Made by a program: the position numbers and the translations under genes. A stretch of 64,000 nucleotides of DNA from Octopus sinensis (taxonomy: Eukaryota). Each line of letters starts with the position of its first letter. The first letter of the stretch is position 1. The notes beneath the pieces were generated by a model. The model searched no databases, had not been told where the DNA came from, and was given only the letters and a program-made list of their open reading frames with translations. This document shows positions 26,697 through 40,375 of this stretch, piece after piece. The stretch is taken from NCBI RefSeq assembly GCF_006345805.1, contig NC_043017.1:2728001-2792000 (forward strand), read 5' to 3'.

Positions 26697-27034
26697 AGGC
26701 GTATGGCTCAGTGGTTAGAGCATCAAGCTCATGATTGAGAGGTTGTGAGTTCGAATCCCGGACTGGGTTGTGTGTTGTGTTGTTGAGCAAGACACTTTAT
26801 TTCACGTTGCTCCAGTTCACTCAGCTGTAGAAATGAGTTGCGACGTCGCGGGTGCCAAGCTGTATCGGCCCCTTCGCCTTTCCCTTGGATAACACTGGTG
26901 GCGTAGAGAAGAGAAGCCGGTATGCATGGGCGATTGCTGGTCTTCCATAAACAACCTTGCTCGGACTTGTGCCTGGGAGGGTAAGTTTCTAGGTGCAATC
27001 CTACGGTCTGTGTTGTGACCGAAGGGGGTCTCAG
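26697..27034 (+). mobile_element. SINE family C, full length with 14-bp TSD
   Basis: A box tggctcagtggttag, B box gagttcgaatccc; aatccgagtaaggc at 26687-26700 and 27035-27048. Confidence 0.92.
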
Positions 27035-28665
27035 AATCCGAGTAAGGCCTGCCATCCATGACCATCTGGTCTTTTACTCAGATTCAGTGTATCTCAACAC
27101 TATGTTTTCAAACATGGTCCCTTGTTATTATTTAGCCCCTGGTCAGCCTTGACCAAGCAGACCAATATCTATATTATTCCACTTTTGACCTTTACATTTT
27201 GCATTCAAACATGGTGTATCTCAGATTACATCATTCAATGTTACCGCTCTTTGTTTAAGATGATTGTGGTGGTGGGAGGGAGGAAAGGATAACGATGCGG
27301 TGGGAGTGTAGGGGGGGTGAAGAATTGGATGCTAATTGTAGCAAATCAAGCAACCACATAGAGGAGGTTTTCCCTTCATTGGCTTGGACATTGCTTGTTG
27401 TTCATACTATTGTTGTCGTTGTTGTTGTTGGTTATTTTCATTAATCTGAAATCTTTGCTTGCTTCAGGTTCAATCAAAACGTAGTGGTGGCCACGTGGTG
27501 ACATACAAGATATCAATTGAAAACCAAAAAAAATAAAACATAGGTGGCCTGGGGTGGGGGATGTGGCAGTGGGTGGGGAGTGAGGTCAGTGGCTGATAGT
27601 TTGGTGGCAGCGGCATGTAATTCAATGATTGCAATCTAACGTGTGTGCATATAAATATATATATACACACACATATATATATACTGATGTGCAACTAGCA
27701 ATCAGCCTGAACTCTAATATAGTAATCTTGACAATGTAAGCTTCAAATCTAATTATTTGCATTACAACATTCCACCAACTGACCGACCGACCGAGCAACC
27801 AACCGACTGACTGAACGACTGGCACGGTGGTGGTGGTGGTGGTGGTGGTGGTATGTGTGTGAGTGGGTGTCGGAGGGGGTGGAGTGTGCTGGAGCCAGCT
27901 TTCGTTTTTGATTGATTGAAAGCTATACAAACGATGTATGTATGTATGTATGCGTGTATGTGTGCTCTATGTGTGTTGTGGTTGTGGTGATGGTCATGCT
28001 TGGCAGGCGGGGAGTGGAGGAGGGGGTTCTTGAGGGGATGGTGATACTGATCAGGTGCTAGTGGTGGTGATAATTGTGATTGGTTGTTATTGTTGTTGTG
28101 GTTGTGGTAGTGGTGGTGGCAGCAGCAATAATGACAGTTGTGGTGATAGTGATAGTAATAATAGGAATGGAAGGGGGGGGGGGTAATAATGGTTATAGTG
28201 GAAGTTATAACAATGATGAAGGTGGTGGTAGTAGTAGTAGTAGTAGTCATAGTAATAAGAGGGCAGTGGTAGTAGTAGTGATGATGATAGTAGTATCCTT
28301 TGACAGAATCACTGCTGCCAATGGCATTAATAAAGGAAAACTCTGTGTTTTGTATGCAATAATAATGATGATTATGATGATAATGATGAAGAGGATGAGA
28401 TTAGGAATATCTCTTACAAAATGGTGGCACGGTACCACATTAAAAACAATAATACCATACCGGCTTTCTTTTTATTCACTGGGTGCTTTTTCCATGGTAC
28501 CATCACTGGATGCTCTTTTTAATGCCAACCACTTTACAAAGTGTATTGTGCAGTGCTTATGTAGCACCAGCACCAATGGGGTCACTTAACAGCTTGCAAG
28601 ACAAAGACCTCTCAGCTGAAAGAGGAAGTGAAACCAAGAGAAGTGGCTTTGTGCCTGCTGAGAAA

Positions 28666-28890
28666 TTAACCCTTTTGATAGCAACCTGGCTGAAATTACC
28701 CCTGGCTCTGTAGTACAAATGTCTTATTTGCAGAAGTTTTGAATTAAAGTCTTCCACCAGACCTTAGTCTCAATTTATATTCCTAACACTAGTTTAATGA
28801 TAACTAAGTTATTTTACTAAATTCTTTATTATATTTGAAATTAATTAAAAGAAACACAGATTATCTCAAAATAATGTAAATAATGAGAAT
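28666..28890. mobile_element. TTAA-type (piggyBac-like) MITE
   Basis: Starts ttaacccttttgatagcaacc; similar to 222-455 and 13800-13990. Confidence 0.55.
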
Positions 28891-29425
28891 AATTGTAGTT
28901 TGGCTTGCTTTTTATTTTGGCTTTACTGGATTAGCACTAATCAGAAGCTAAACAGCAACTGTTATTACTACCACTGCTACAAGGAGTCTCTATGTGGCCA
29001 CTCAGCCTGCTAAAAACAGCAGTTAAAAGTCCCTGAAAACCTTACCCTATTCTATAATCATGTTTACATCTAAGTTTATGTTCTGACTCATTCAAGACAT
29101 TTTATGCTTGGATGCCATTCCTGACATTGGCCCTTTTTTTCATTTGCTTCTTTTGATCTGCTAGAATCTGATGAACGTATTCTATAAACCAGGATGAAAG
29201 TAAAATGTACAAATTGATTAAAATACTCCAGGGTACAAAAAGGCGAGAGAATAAGGACTAAATGACCTCCACATACACACTCACACATGCAAACTTTCTC
29301 TCTCTCCCTTTGTCTGTCTGTCTATCTCTCACTCTCTCTCTCTCTCTTTTTCTTTCTCACATACATGCTATGATGATCATTTTTGTTCATTCATCAATTT
29401 ATGCTTTTTTTTTTTGTTTTTTCAG

Positions 29426-29504
29426 ATGCTACGAAAAAACACACCTGATAATTTATCATATGAGAATGAGTTTAGAACTATGGAGCTTTGGGGACCCTGA
29501 GTAG
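29426..29504 (+). other. Candidate internal exon
   Basis: Long polypyrimidine tract + ttcag acceptor; tandem donors gtaggt (after 29500) and gtaagg (after 29504); apparently non-repetitive. Confidence 0.35.
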
Positions 29505-29617
29505 GTAAGGCAATCATTCTTGCTCTCTTTCTCTCTCTCTCTCATCTAACTACCAATATATGTACGTACATATGTATGTATCTATCTACTTATACATGTA
29601 TCTGTCTATCTACCCAT

Positions 29618-29928
29618 GTTTGTTCCTTCTCAAGCCATACCTATCTCATAAGGGCTGGTTTCCCGGTTTCCTTGACATATAGGTTCCCCACCTGGACGGG
29701 ACGACAGTCCATCGCAATCGCAGGTGAGCTGCAAGATGCAGGAGGAAAGAGTGAGAGAAAGTTGTGGCGAAAGAGTCAGAAGAAGTTCACCATTACCTTC
29801 TTCTGCCGGAGCCACATGGAGCTTAGATGTTTCGCTCATAAACACACACATCGCCCAGTCTGAGATTCGAAACCGCGATCTCTCGACTGTGAGTCTGTTA
29901 CTCTAACCACTGGGCTATGTGCCTGCAC
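29618..29928 (-). mobile_element. SINE family B with 12-bp TSD
   Basis: ctatctacccat at 29606-29617 and 29929-29940. Confidence 0.92.
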
Positions 29929-29938
29929 CTATCTACCC

Positions 29939-29970
<32 letters not shown>

Positions 29971-30044
29971 TTATAATATAGTTATCTATCAGTGTATGTA
30001 TCTCTCTCTCTCTCTCTCCTCTCTTCTCTCTCTCTCCTCTTTCT

Positions 30045-30675
30045 CTCATGTAGCTGTGTGGTTAAGAATTTCGCTTTGCAACCACATGTTTTTTGGGGGT
30101 TTAGTTCCATTGCATGGTACCTCATGCAAAGCTAACCAATGCCTTGTCTTGTCAGTAAATTTGGTAGATGGAAACTGTGTGGAAGCCCATCATATGTGTC
30201 AGAGTGTGTGAGTGCTTCTTTACGCTTGTTAATACCCCCACCACCACTTTGATTGCTGGTGTTGGTTTGTTTACATCCTTGTAACTCACTGGTTTTGGCA
30301 AAAGAGACCAATAGAATAAGTGCCTGGCTTAAAAAAACAAAGCTCCCTGGGGTTGGTTTGTTCCCAAACTTTTTTGGGTTGCCTACTCCGCTCCACCCTT
30401 GGCACCTGGGCCACATTCCTAGCGCCCACCACAACCACCACAAACATATTTTACAAATAAAACTGAACCCATTTTTTTTTTTTTTGCTTTTTGTACATCC
30501 ATTGCCCTATTTTGGCCTCCCCATTATCACCCCCTCTTTTCTTCAATGCTCCTCCTGGATCTTCACACCGACTAAGGTGCAGTATCACTCACTTTGGGAA
30601 CCTCTGAACTAAACCCTTCAAGGCAGTGCCCCAGCATGGCCAAAGTCCAACAACTGAAAGAACTAAAAGATAAAA
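30045..30675 (+). mobile_element. Old SINE family A copy, interrupted at about 30370-30610
   Basis: Head tagctgtgtggttaag; tail resumes aggcagtgccccagcatggcc. Confidence 0.65.
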
Positions 30676-30759
30676 GGTTTGTTATTGCGTAGGGGGCTGG
30701 AACTGGATTATTTTCTGGGTCTGAAGACGGCCTTGTCTTTATGACATTTGAGATATGTG

Positions 30760-30992
30760 CAGGTGGCACATAAAAAGCACCATTTGGGCATGGCCCTTGC
30801 CAGTTCCACCAAACTGGCCCTCATGCCGGTGGCACGTAAAAGCACCCACAGCACTCTTGAAGTGGTTGGCGTTAGGAAGGGCATCAAGCTGTAGAAACTG
30901 TGCCAGATCAGATTAGAGTTTGGTTCGCCAGACCTCAGTCAAATCGTCCAAACCTTGCTAGCATGGAAAGTGGACGTTAAATGATGATGGTG
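30760..30992 (+). mobile_element. Family E element (RTE-related)
   Basis: ggtggcacgtaaaagcacc repeats, ggttggcgttaggaagggcatc, gctagcatggaaagtggacgttaaatgatgatg. Confidence 0.85.
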
Positions 30993-32161
30993 ACTGTACT
31001 AGTGTGACTATAGTCTTGCATGTTGTTTGTTTATCACTTTGTTTATCAAAGAAGCATTTCTAAGTGTGAATGAGTCTAAGAATAAAATGTATTTTTTATA
31101 ATTTCATTTCCCTTTTTTTTTTTTTATCATTTCAGGTTTTGCTGAAAACATGAATGTTTGAAAAAGATGAATGTTTGAAAAGATGTTGCAAAAAAAAAAA
31201 AACCCAGAAAAACCACAGGAAAAAAACAACAGATGAATCATTATTATTATTATTATGATTATTGCTATTATTAAAAACAATTTTTTTTTTCTTTTGTAAA
31301 AACAAAACTATATTATCAAGTGAGAGAGGACGAATAAAAAGAAACCAAACAAACTGAGATCTTACCTTTGGAAACCCACTCCGAAAGTGAAAGTGGGTGA
31401 AGAGAAAGAAAGAGATATACACCTGGATAGACACAAAAAAACAAAAAGACTGAACATGTGACCAGCTCTGCCCCATCACCCTGCCCTTACCCTTCTACAA
31501 TTTCTCCCCCAGATTCAACAGCCTCTTTTTTTCCATGTGCTCCTCCTGAAATTGTATATTGCTGCTACTACACCAACAACTGCCCATGTGTACTATGGGG
31601 GGGTATATTATAATTTATATATGCTACATGTGTGGTGGTAGGGATGGAGGCTGATTGCCATGTATACACACATATCTGTATAGCTCCATGTGTTTTCATC
31701 ATGTGTATGTATATATAAGTTCTATATGAGTATATGTATCTATTAAGCTACACATACACACTCAATAAACATGTGTAACTGTACATAATATATATAGAAG
31801 TTTATATGTGTGTATGTATATATATATATTATATATGTATATATATATATAAAAGTTAAATATGTTGGCTGTTGCCTCAATAGCATATCATGCCAGATTT
31901 TGGCTAGTGTGGTATTCCAGAATCAAATGGAGATTCATATGACTTTGATTGATACTAAAAGGAACACTACACAACGCTATGGTAAGATCCAGATCCAGTA
32001 CGCTTAAAATAAGTCTCACAGAGTGAATAATAAAATTAATAACTTAAATGAGGAAAGGAGAACCAGAGTGACACTGCAGTTGTTTATTTACAGAAACAAT
32101 CTTGATGTCAGTTTGACTTCACCTTTCCTCATTCAAAGTATTACTTTTATATATATATATA

Positions 32162-32211
<50 letters not shown>

Positions 32212-32652
32212 TATATATACACATATAGATCACACATTAAAAAAATAATCACATTCAGTTTGAGCTCGCTAAACCAACATTCACGTCACAATGCTACAAA
32301 ACACATCCTAACCTAAATAATCAAACATTTTGAAATTATGACAGCATTTTACAGTCATCCATGAATACTAAGAAAAGGAAGTATTTATCAAAATAATATT
32401 ATCTATTTGATTAATAAACTAATTAAATAGAATTAATTAAAGGGCATCTGTCAGCAATTATTGACATGCCTGTGTTGATACGCTGTTTAAATACTGACGA
32501 GGGTGTAATAATTAGCTGCAAGACTTATTATATAAGGTATTTTCTTTATGGTTGAGGTAACAAACATCAGAAGCAATCTAAGTTGTAGCTTTTCTCAGGC
32601 TTCGCTACTTACCTTTGCTTCTGTTTTCCCTATACATTGTATAGTGTGTATT

Positions 32653-32685
<33 letters not shown>

Positions 32686-33594
32686 ATGCCAGTGCCTCAG
32701 CTGGGCTGCCATCCAATGACTGAGACCGACTAGTAAGATAATTAAAAGTAGTACACCTTACTTATGGAAAGCAAAAGTACTGGGTTGATATAAGCTTATG
32801 GTTTTGCTCCTACTCAGTTCCTTGTTTCTGATTCTTGGGGGAACATTGTAAAGTATGAATTATACTGTTGGTAATGTTAAACTCTTTCAAGAACCTAAGA
32901 TTAAGATTCACCAAAGGAACACATTCAAGAAGTGAAGCATAACTATATATATATATATGTGTGTGTGTATATGTAATATAATATAGATGTGTGTATATGT
33001 ATATATATAATATAATATAGATATTCATCCAGTCACATACACACACACACACACACACACCCTCACACAATTACACACTTATGCAATTACACATACACTC
33101 ACACAATTATACATATATACACTCACAGTTACACACATATACACTTGCACAATTGCACAGTTACACACACATACACTCTCACAATTACACACACCTTCAC
33201 TCAAGTGTTGTGGTTCTGGGTCTCACCTTTTAATTTCATTGTTAATTAAGTCCTTTGTTATTACTCTAACTTCCATCAAACCTCATCATCCTCATCATCC
33301 TCAACATCCTCATCATCCTCATCACCAGATGTTTTGTTATATCTACTGTTACTCCTATGTTAACTACTACTACTAATACTACTACTACTGCTACAACTAT
33401 TACTAGTTCTACTGCTACAGTCTTCATCCATGTTCTTGAGTGCCACCACCACCACCACTACCACCACCACAACCATTTCTGCCATTACTACCACCACTAC
33501 TACTTCTATTGTCTACCAATATGAAAGAGGGTAAATAAAAACGAGGGGACACGGGAAAGAAAGTCAGCTTCACTAAGTGGAGCCAAAAGATGAG

Positions 33595-34045
33595 AAACTA
33601 TGGAAGCCTAACACATCAGAAATATACTCTATGTATGGAAGCCTAGTAAACCAATACTATACTATACATATGGAAGCCTGTCGCACCAAGTGAATACTAT
33701 ATATATGGAACCCTATCACACCAAAAATATATGTATGGAAGCTTACTACACCTATGCTATAGTATACATATGGAAGCCTATCACACCAAGAAAATACTAA
33801 TATATATATATATGGAAGCCTAACACACCAAAATATACCTTATGTATGAAGCTTATCACACCAAGAAAATGCTATATATATATGGAAGCCTATCATACTA
33901 AAATTATACTATGTATGGAAGCCTAGTACCTCAATGCTATACTATACATATGAAAGCCTATCACACCAAGAAAATTCTATATATATGGAAGCCTATCTTA
34001 CTAAAAATATATGTATGGAAGCTTAACATACCAAAATTATATTAT
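33595..34045. repeat. Minisatellite of about 32-42 bp (tatggaagcctatcacaccaa...)
   Basis: About a dozen tatggaagc(c/t)t units with alternating variants. Confidence 0.9.
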
Positions 34046-34109
34046 GTGTGTGTGTATATATATATTATGACCATTATTACATCTATCATCTCCAAGAACT
34101 GAAACTATA

Positions 34110-34560
34110 AAGGCCTCAACAAGGATGCTTGACCTGACAGAACTGGTAGCCAAAATCTTCCTCAAAGCGTAAACCCTACAGTTTAAAAGCAAGCAAACAC
34201 ATGGAAGTATGCAAAAGATTATGTAATCTTCGATACAGTGCATCTGAAAAGAAAGCTATGGGCTGGTCACCTCCTAGGACGTCTTTGATCATAGGTCTAC
34301 TTTGTCAGTCAGGGCTGACCTGTGGTTAAACAACAAGAATAACAATAGCATCTGTAACAGTGGAAGTCCCTACATGGTCACTTGAACTGCTAGAGGTAGC
34401 AGCCAAATCTTGCAATGGATATCCTCATCATCCTGCGTACACTTCATGCCTCTGAAAAAACGTAGAGGTGGGATGGGCATGGCTGGAATATCTTTGATCA
34501 TAAGGCCTTCTAAATGAAGGCTGACCTGGGACAAAGCAATAGCAACTACAGTAAAGAACA
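34110..34560 (+). mobile_element. Two tandem copies of an old SINE-like family (ctgctaga..tagcagccaaatc ... ctgacctg..(caa)n)
   Basis: Same motif recurs near 2620, 4840, 14925, 18495, 25180, 29005 and 43160. Confidence 0.6.
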
Positions 34561-35831
34561 AAAAAAAAACATCATATATCCATTTTTTTATATCAAAAAC
34601 CTAGTAAAGAGATAAAAAAAAATATGTGTGATACTATCATATCGTGAATGAAGCTGAATGTAATATTACAGAAAAGAAATTGGCCCTGTAAGTAGCGAGC
34701 ACCGTACTGCTAGAGGCTAACTACCTATCAAGACAAATCTGCTACACATTTGATTTTTTTTTTTGTTCCATCAGCTGAAAGCCATTTCACTTCACTTTCA
34801 CTTTCACTTTACATGCCTCTAATGTCCTTGGGAAAGGCATGAACATCATAACTTTACCCATTTTGTCCCCTGCCGCCCCACTTTCCCTTTCTGCTCTTTC
34901 TGCCGCCATTACTACCACAACCACTACCGCCACTTCTCACTTCTTCACATCCCTGGAAAATATTATGTAAAGGAACATATATGATGATGATGATGATGAT
35001 CAGCATCATCATCATTGTGGTGGTGGCGGTGAAAGTGGACGATGCCTAATTTAAAAAAAAAAAGAAAACAAAATAAAACGGCAAATATCATATAACACAA
35101 AACTAAACAAGGAAAAATGAATTCTATGAGAAAGATGACACACAGACAGACAACAGTAAAGGATACATTTTGAAGAAAATCACGTTTGATCACCTCCTTC
35201 TACCCCTAATCCCCCCATTGAGAAAAAAAAAACGTAACTAAAACAAAAAAAAATACCTGTCCCCTCCCTGCCATACCCCCTACTCCCTTTTGATATATGA
35301 CCCCAAAACAATAAACTGCAATTGGGATCATTATTTGTATAAAGATAACTTTTTAAAAAATTGAATAAAAGTTTCCAGAAAAAAAATTATATATATAAAT
35401 AAATAAATTTAACAAACACCCTAAAATATGTATTTTGTGTTTCTTTTTTTTATTATTATTTCCATTTCAATAGCATGTTAAAAGCACTCACTGCACTTCT
35501 GGAGTGGTTGGCATTAGGAACGGCATCCAGCCATGGAAACCTTGGCAAAGCTCCCCGGTATACCAGTTTTCAATGAAACCATCCAACCCAAACCAGCCTG
35601 GAAAGTGGACATTAAATGATGGTGATTGTTTTTTATTGCTTGAATTAAAGGAAGCAGAGCACAGTCCATCTTGGTTGAGGATACGGAAGAAGAAAGCCAG
35701 GGGTCAGGATCTGATCCAAGTTTTGACAATAAACTGGACTTTCTGTACTTACAGGCACCCACAGATCAGGAGGTGGGGTTAAGCTGGGTGACATATTGAG
35801 TCTAGGGTTTTTGTGTTTATGTTTTGTGCGA

Positions 35832-35956
35832 GTGTAGGTGCGTGTGTAATTGTGTAGGTGTGTGTGTAATTGTGTAGGTGCGTGTGTAATTGTGTAGGTG
35901 CGTGTGTAATTGTGTAGGTGTGTGTGTAATTGTGTAGGTGTGTGTGTAATTGTGTG
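35832..35956. repeat. 20-bp tandem repeat gtgtaggtg(c/t)gtgtgtaatt x6
   Basis: Directly visible. Confidence 0.95.
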
Positions 35957-36545
35957 AGTTTTTGTTTTGATGCAAAAACTAAGTTTCGACACAATTCTGT
36001 CGGTGACGTCTCATGTCCATCAAAACCAAGGAAGACAAAGTCCATTTTCCTTGGCACCACTACAAAAAAAAAAAAAGAACAAAATTTTGATATACTAAAT
36101 TCATTCTGCCAGGATCACAAATATATATATATATGTGTGGTACATTTTGTCTACCACCATTAGGTCCGGTCTGTTATGCTCCAGCACCTGATCTGTTTGC
36201 AAAGAATTCTGCTAGTCTCCAACCCTTCCACTCTCTACGGTTTGTGCTCATACCACGTCATTGTTAGTATTAGTATTATATGATAAGAATATATACAAAA
36301 TCAGAACCAGCAACCGAAAGTTACGATGTTTCGTATACCAATACTACGTTTTGTGCATTACATAATCATTTTCATTACTAATTGAAAATCATTTACATTT
36401 ATATAATTAGCAATTAATTTATACAGCTTTTTGTGTGATGCATGTAAGTTCTATACACCATCTCATGGGCCACTCACTGCTGTATGTTTTTCCAAAGATA
36501 ACATGTCTTATGGACTTGCAGTCTTAATGGGCTTATTGACAGTCT

Positions 36546-36862
36546 GTGTGGCTTAGTGGTTAGGGTATTCGGCTCACGATGGTAAGGTCCTGCGTTCGAT
36601 TCCTGGCAGCATGTTTTATTTTTGAGCAAGACACTTGATAACTCGTTCTTCCAGTCCACTCTGCTGGCCAAAATGGAATGTACTTGTAATTCAAAGGCCC
36701 AGCTTTTTCACATTCTGTGTCACGTCGAATCTCTCTGAAAACTACATTAAGGGTTTGTGTGTCTGTGAAGTGCTCTGCCATTTGCATGTTAATTTTCCGA
36801 GCAGGCTGTCCCGTTGTTCGGATCAAATGGAACCCTTGTCGTCGTAACCGATGAAGTACCAA
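36546..36862 (+). mobile_element. SINE family D (C-like head, distinct tail) with 15-bp TSD
   Basis: A/B boxes tggcttagtggttag / gttcgattcc; ttattgacagtctgt 36533-36547 vs ttatcgacagtctgt 36863-36877. Confidence 0.88.
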
Positions 36863-38300
36863 TTATCGACAGTCTGTATACATTAAGTATAACACATTCA
36901 TGATTGCTTAATCAAATATTGCCTCGGTTGCGTTTACCGGATTTTTCATTATTCATAATTTTAATTCTGGGCTACCTTCCTAGCTCTACCACCGAAGGAG
37001 CTCCACCGAATTTCCTTACCCCTCCTATCTTAAAAAAAAAAGAAAAAGAAAAAAACTTTGAAAATTAAGAAAATGGTATATTAATGGTTGGAATGCCTTT
37101 AACCATCAGCCTGGTGGATCATGATTCACCTAGGGCTAAATAACAACCATTGCTTCCTTTTTCTTACCCATAATACTCACAATAATTGTCATACTGTTTC
37201 TGTCCCCTTTTCAATCTCTACGCCCTTAATTACCTTACTCTTTATATATGCACGCCACCCCCATCGCCTAGCGTCAATAAATAAATAAATGACTAAACAA
37301 ATAAATGAATATACTCTCTGGTCCCTAATCCGCCCCCTACGAATGTCGCACACCTCATCTCTAGCTTTAAGCTGCTTTAATCCCTTATTTTCTAATAAAG
37401 GTTTTTCAAGTGTGGAACCAATTTACTTTTACGATCTTTTCTCAACAATTTCTCAACTGCTTCTTCATCCCCGGCCATCTCCATCCCACTTCATCCTCAT
37501 CTCTCTTTCTTTCTCACTCTCTTTTTTCTCTCTCTCTCCTCTCTCTTCCTCCCTCTCTCCCTCCCTTCTTCCCTCTGCCTCTCTCTCTTTCCCCATTTCT
37601 CAGCAATTTCCCAACTAATTCTTCATTCCTTGCCGTCACCATCCCCCTTTATTATCTCTCTCTCTCTCTCTTGCTCTCTTTCATTCTCCCTCCTTCTCTC
37701 TCTACCTCCCTCTCTCCCTTACTCCCTCCCTCACTCCCTCTGCCCCTCTCTCACTGCGTCTCTCTCTCTCTCTCTCCTCTCTCTCTCTTTCCTCCAACTT
37801 AACAATTTCTCAACTAATTCTTCACCCCTTCTCATTACCATCCCTTTTATTCCTCCGTCCCTCTCCCTTTCTCCCCTCTCCTTTCCGCCTTTCTCCTTCT
37901 CTCCCTCCCTCCCTCCCTCTCTCTCTGTTTCTCTCTTCCTTTCTTAGTCATTTCTACACCAATTCGCCATCCCCCACCGCACTCACCCCCTCTCTTTCCC
38001 TCTTTCTCTCTTTGTGTGGTAAATTCTTTTCCCCCTTTCATTTCACTCTGTACTCTTTGGTACCCTTACTCTTTCATACAAGGATCACCCACTTATTGAA
38101 TAGTCAGCTGCCCTGGTTCCTCAATCCATTTCTTTACGGTTTGAGATCGAATCCACAAACCAATTTCCCCTTTCGTCCTTCCGGGATAGATTAGCTACTC
38201 AAGTATTGAGACGATTTTTACAAATATACCCGTATTCCATACAATTTGTATCCGTGTGCCTGAGTCAGAAACGATTACTACTACTACTACTACTACTGCT

Positions 38301-38781
38301 ATTGAGTGACAGAACAGTGCATGCTGTGAAAGGGATACTGGGGTAAAATACACGAAGTCCAGTATACCCATCATGGTTACCCGTCCGATAAGGGTACACC
38401 AAGCACATTCATCTCAACTATATGTGCGTGACATGGTGATCTCATATCAAGATAAGCAGCGTGTGACCTTGCAGGTGGGCCCCAGTTAGACTTTTCTTCA
38501 GGTCGCGTAGCCCATCCCACTCAAAAGGTTCCTGAATAAGGGTTGTTTAAGGATGATGAAAGAACCACCCATGTTTCTAAAGGCAAATTATCCAAATCCC
38601 AAAGAATTCCTATCAACGCATAGCTATGATGCTCCCCCACTACTTCTGCTCGTGATCAGAGATGCACATATCGTCAGCCACTAAGGAACATGCTCAACTG
38701 GTTAAGGTCAAACAACTGACAAGCAAATCTGTGGTATTGAGCAGAACATTTGCTGTAGCCCATCTTTTATACCAAGACAAA
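38301..38781 (-). mobile_element. (TAA)n-associated element, copy 2 (truncated)
   Basis: Aligns to 9130-9610; starts next to a (TAC)n tract. Confidence 0.8.
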
Positions 38782-39034
38782 GCGTCAGTGAAAATACTGA
38801 TCTTTTACGATCTGAGTTCAAAGTGCGCTCAACGCCTTTCATCCTTTCGGGGTTGATACAATATAATTCCTGTCAAGTAGTAAAATCGATAAGATCGATT
38901 AACCCCTCCCTTTAAAATTGCCTGTCATGTACCGAAATTTCAAACTATCATTATTGCTGGTCGATGGTTCGAATCCTTCAAGCCTTGGAGAAAACAAATG
39001 CCTCGTGGTATTTGCTCCGATTCATTGCATTCTT

Positions 39035-39245
39035 ACTTTTTTACTCTTTTACTTGTTTCAGTCATTTGACTGTAGCCATGCTGTAGCACCACCTTTAGTC
39101 GAGCACATCGACCCTAGGACTTATTCTTTGTAAGCCTAGTACTTATTCTATCGGTCTCTTTCGCCGAACAGCTAAGTTACGGGGACGTAAACACACCAGC
39201 ATCTGTTGTCAAGCGATGTTAGGGGGACAAACACAGACACACACA

Positions 39246-39288
<43 letters not shown>

Positions 39289-39452
39289 CACATATATACG
39301 ACGGGCTTCTTTCAGTTTCCGTCTACCAAATCCACTCTCAAGGCTTTGGTCAGCCCGAGGCTATAGTAGAAGACACTTGCTCAAGGTGTCACACAGTGGG
39401 ACTGAACCCGGAACCGTGTGGTTGGTAAGCAAGCTACTTACCACACAGCCTC
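39035..39452 (-). mobile_element. SINE family A, near full length
   Basis: Tail, (TA)n tract and head all present; most CpGs retained. Confidence 0.9.
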
Positions 39453-40181
39453 TCCTCATCATCACCATCATTCTCATAGTCGTAAATATGGTCATAGTCA
39501 TCATCATCATCATCATCATGATTATTACCTTCACCATCATCATCATCATCACCATCACCATCGTCGTCGTCGTCGTCATTGTCATCGTCGTTCTGTTAAT
39601 TAACGATTTGGTTCCCCGCCTTGAGTTTCCCCCGCCATCCCGTCCTACTCCACCTGACCTCCTTCATCAATAAATCTGTCAGTGGCTGGGAGGAGAGACT
39701 GCCATTCACAGAAGCCATAATTGGTGAGATGCAACCCCCCCTACCGACCTACACACACACACACACACAACAATATTTACACACATACATACAAAGCTAC
39801 ACACACACACACCATATATATATATATATGAATATAGCAAGCAATTTGATGAAAAATAGGGAAAACTGCCAATTAAAACAGAGACACACTATTTCAGTCA
39901 CACACATATGTACATACGCACACACATACAAACACGCAGACCCCCCCCACACACACACACATACAAACACTATCATACACCTCACACACACACACATTCA
40001 TACACTCAAAACAATGAACAATAATGAAGCATATACTATACTATAATTGCACAGCAATAAATGAGTGTTTGTTTGGGTGTGTGTATGTGTGTGTCTATAT
40101 ATATACACACACGCATACACACACGCTTACAGACGCACACACAGACACACACAAATACATATGTATGTACATGATACATAC

Positions 40182-40220
<39 letters not shown>

Positions 40221-40289
40221 AACGTATGTATAAATGAACGACTACGTATGTATGTATTATATTGCGCGAATGTATGTATACGCATGTAT

Positions 40290-40328
<39 letters not shown>

Positions 40329-40332
40329 ACGC

Positions 40333-40375
<43 letters not shown>

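Noticed and set aside
26697-26770. tRNA-like A/B boxes in SINE heads
   Set aside because: They continue into SINE bodies with TSDs; I could not build a complete cloverleaf
33595-34045. CRISPR-like regularly spaced repeats
   Set aside because: Intervening sequences are related to each other, the context is eukaryotic and there are no cas genes
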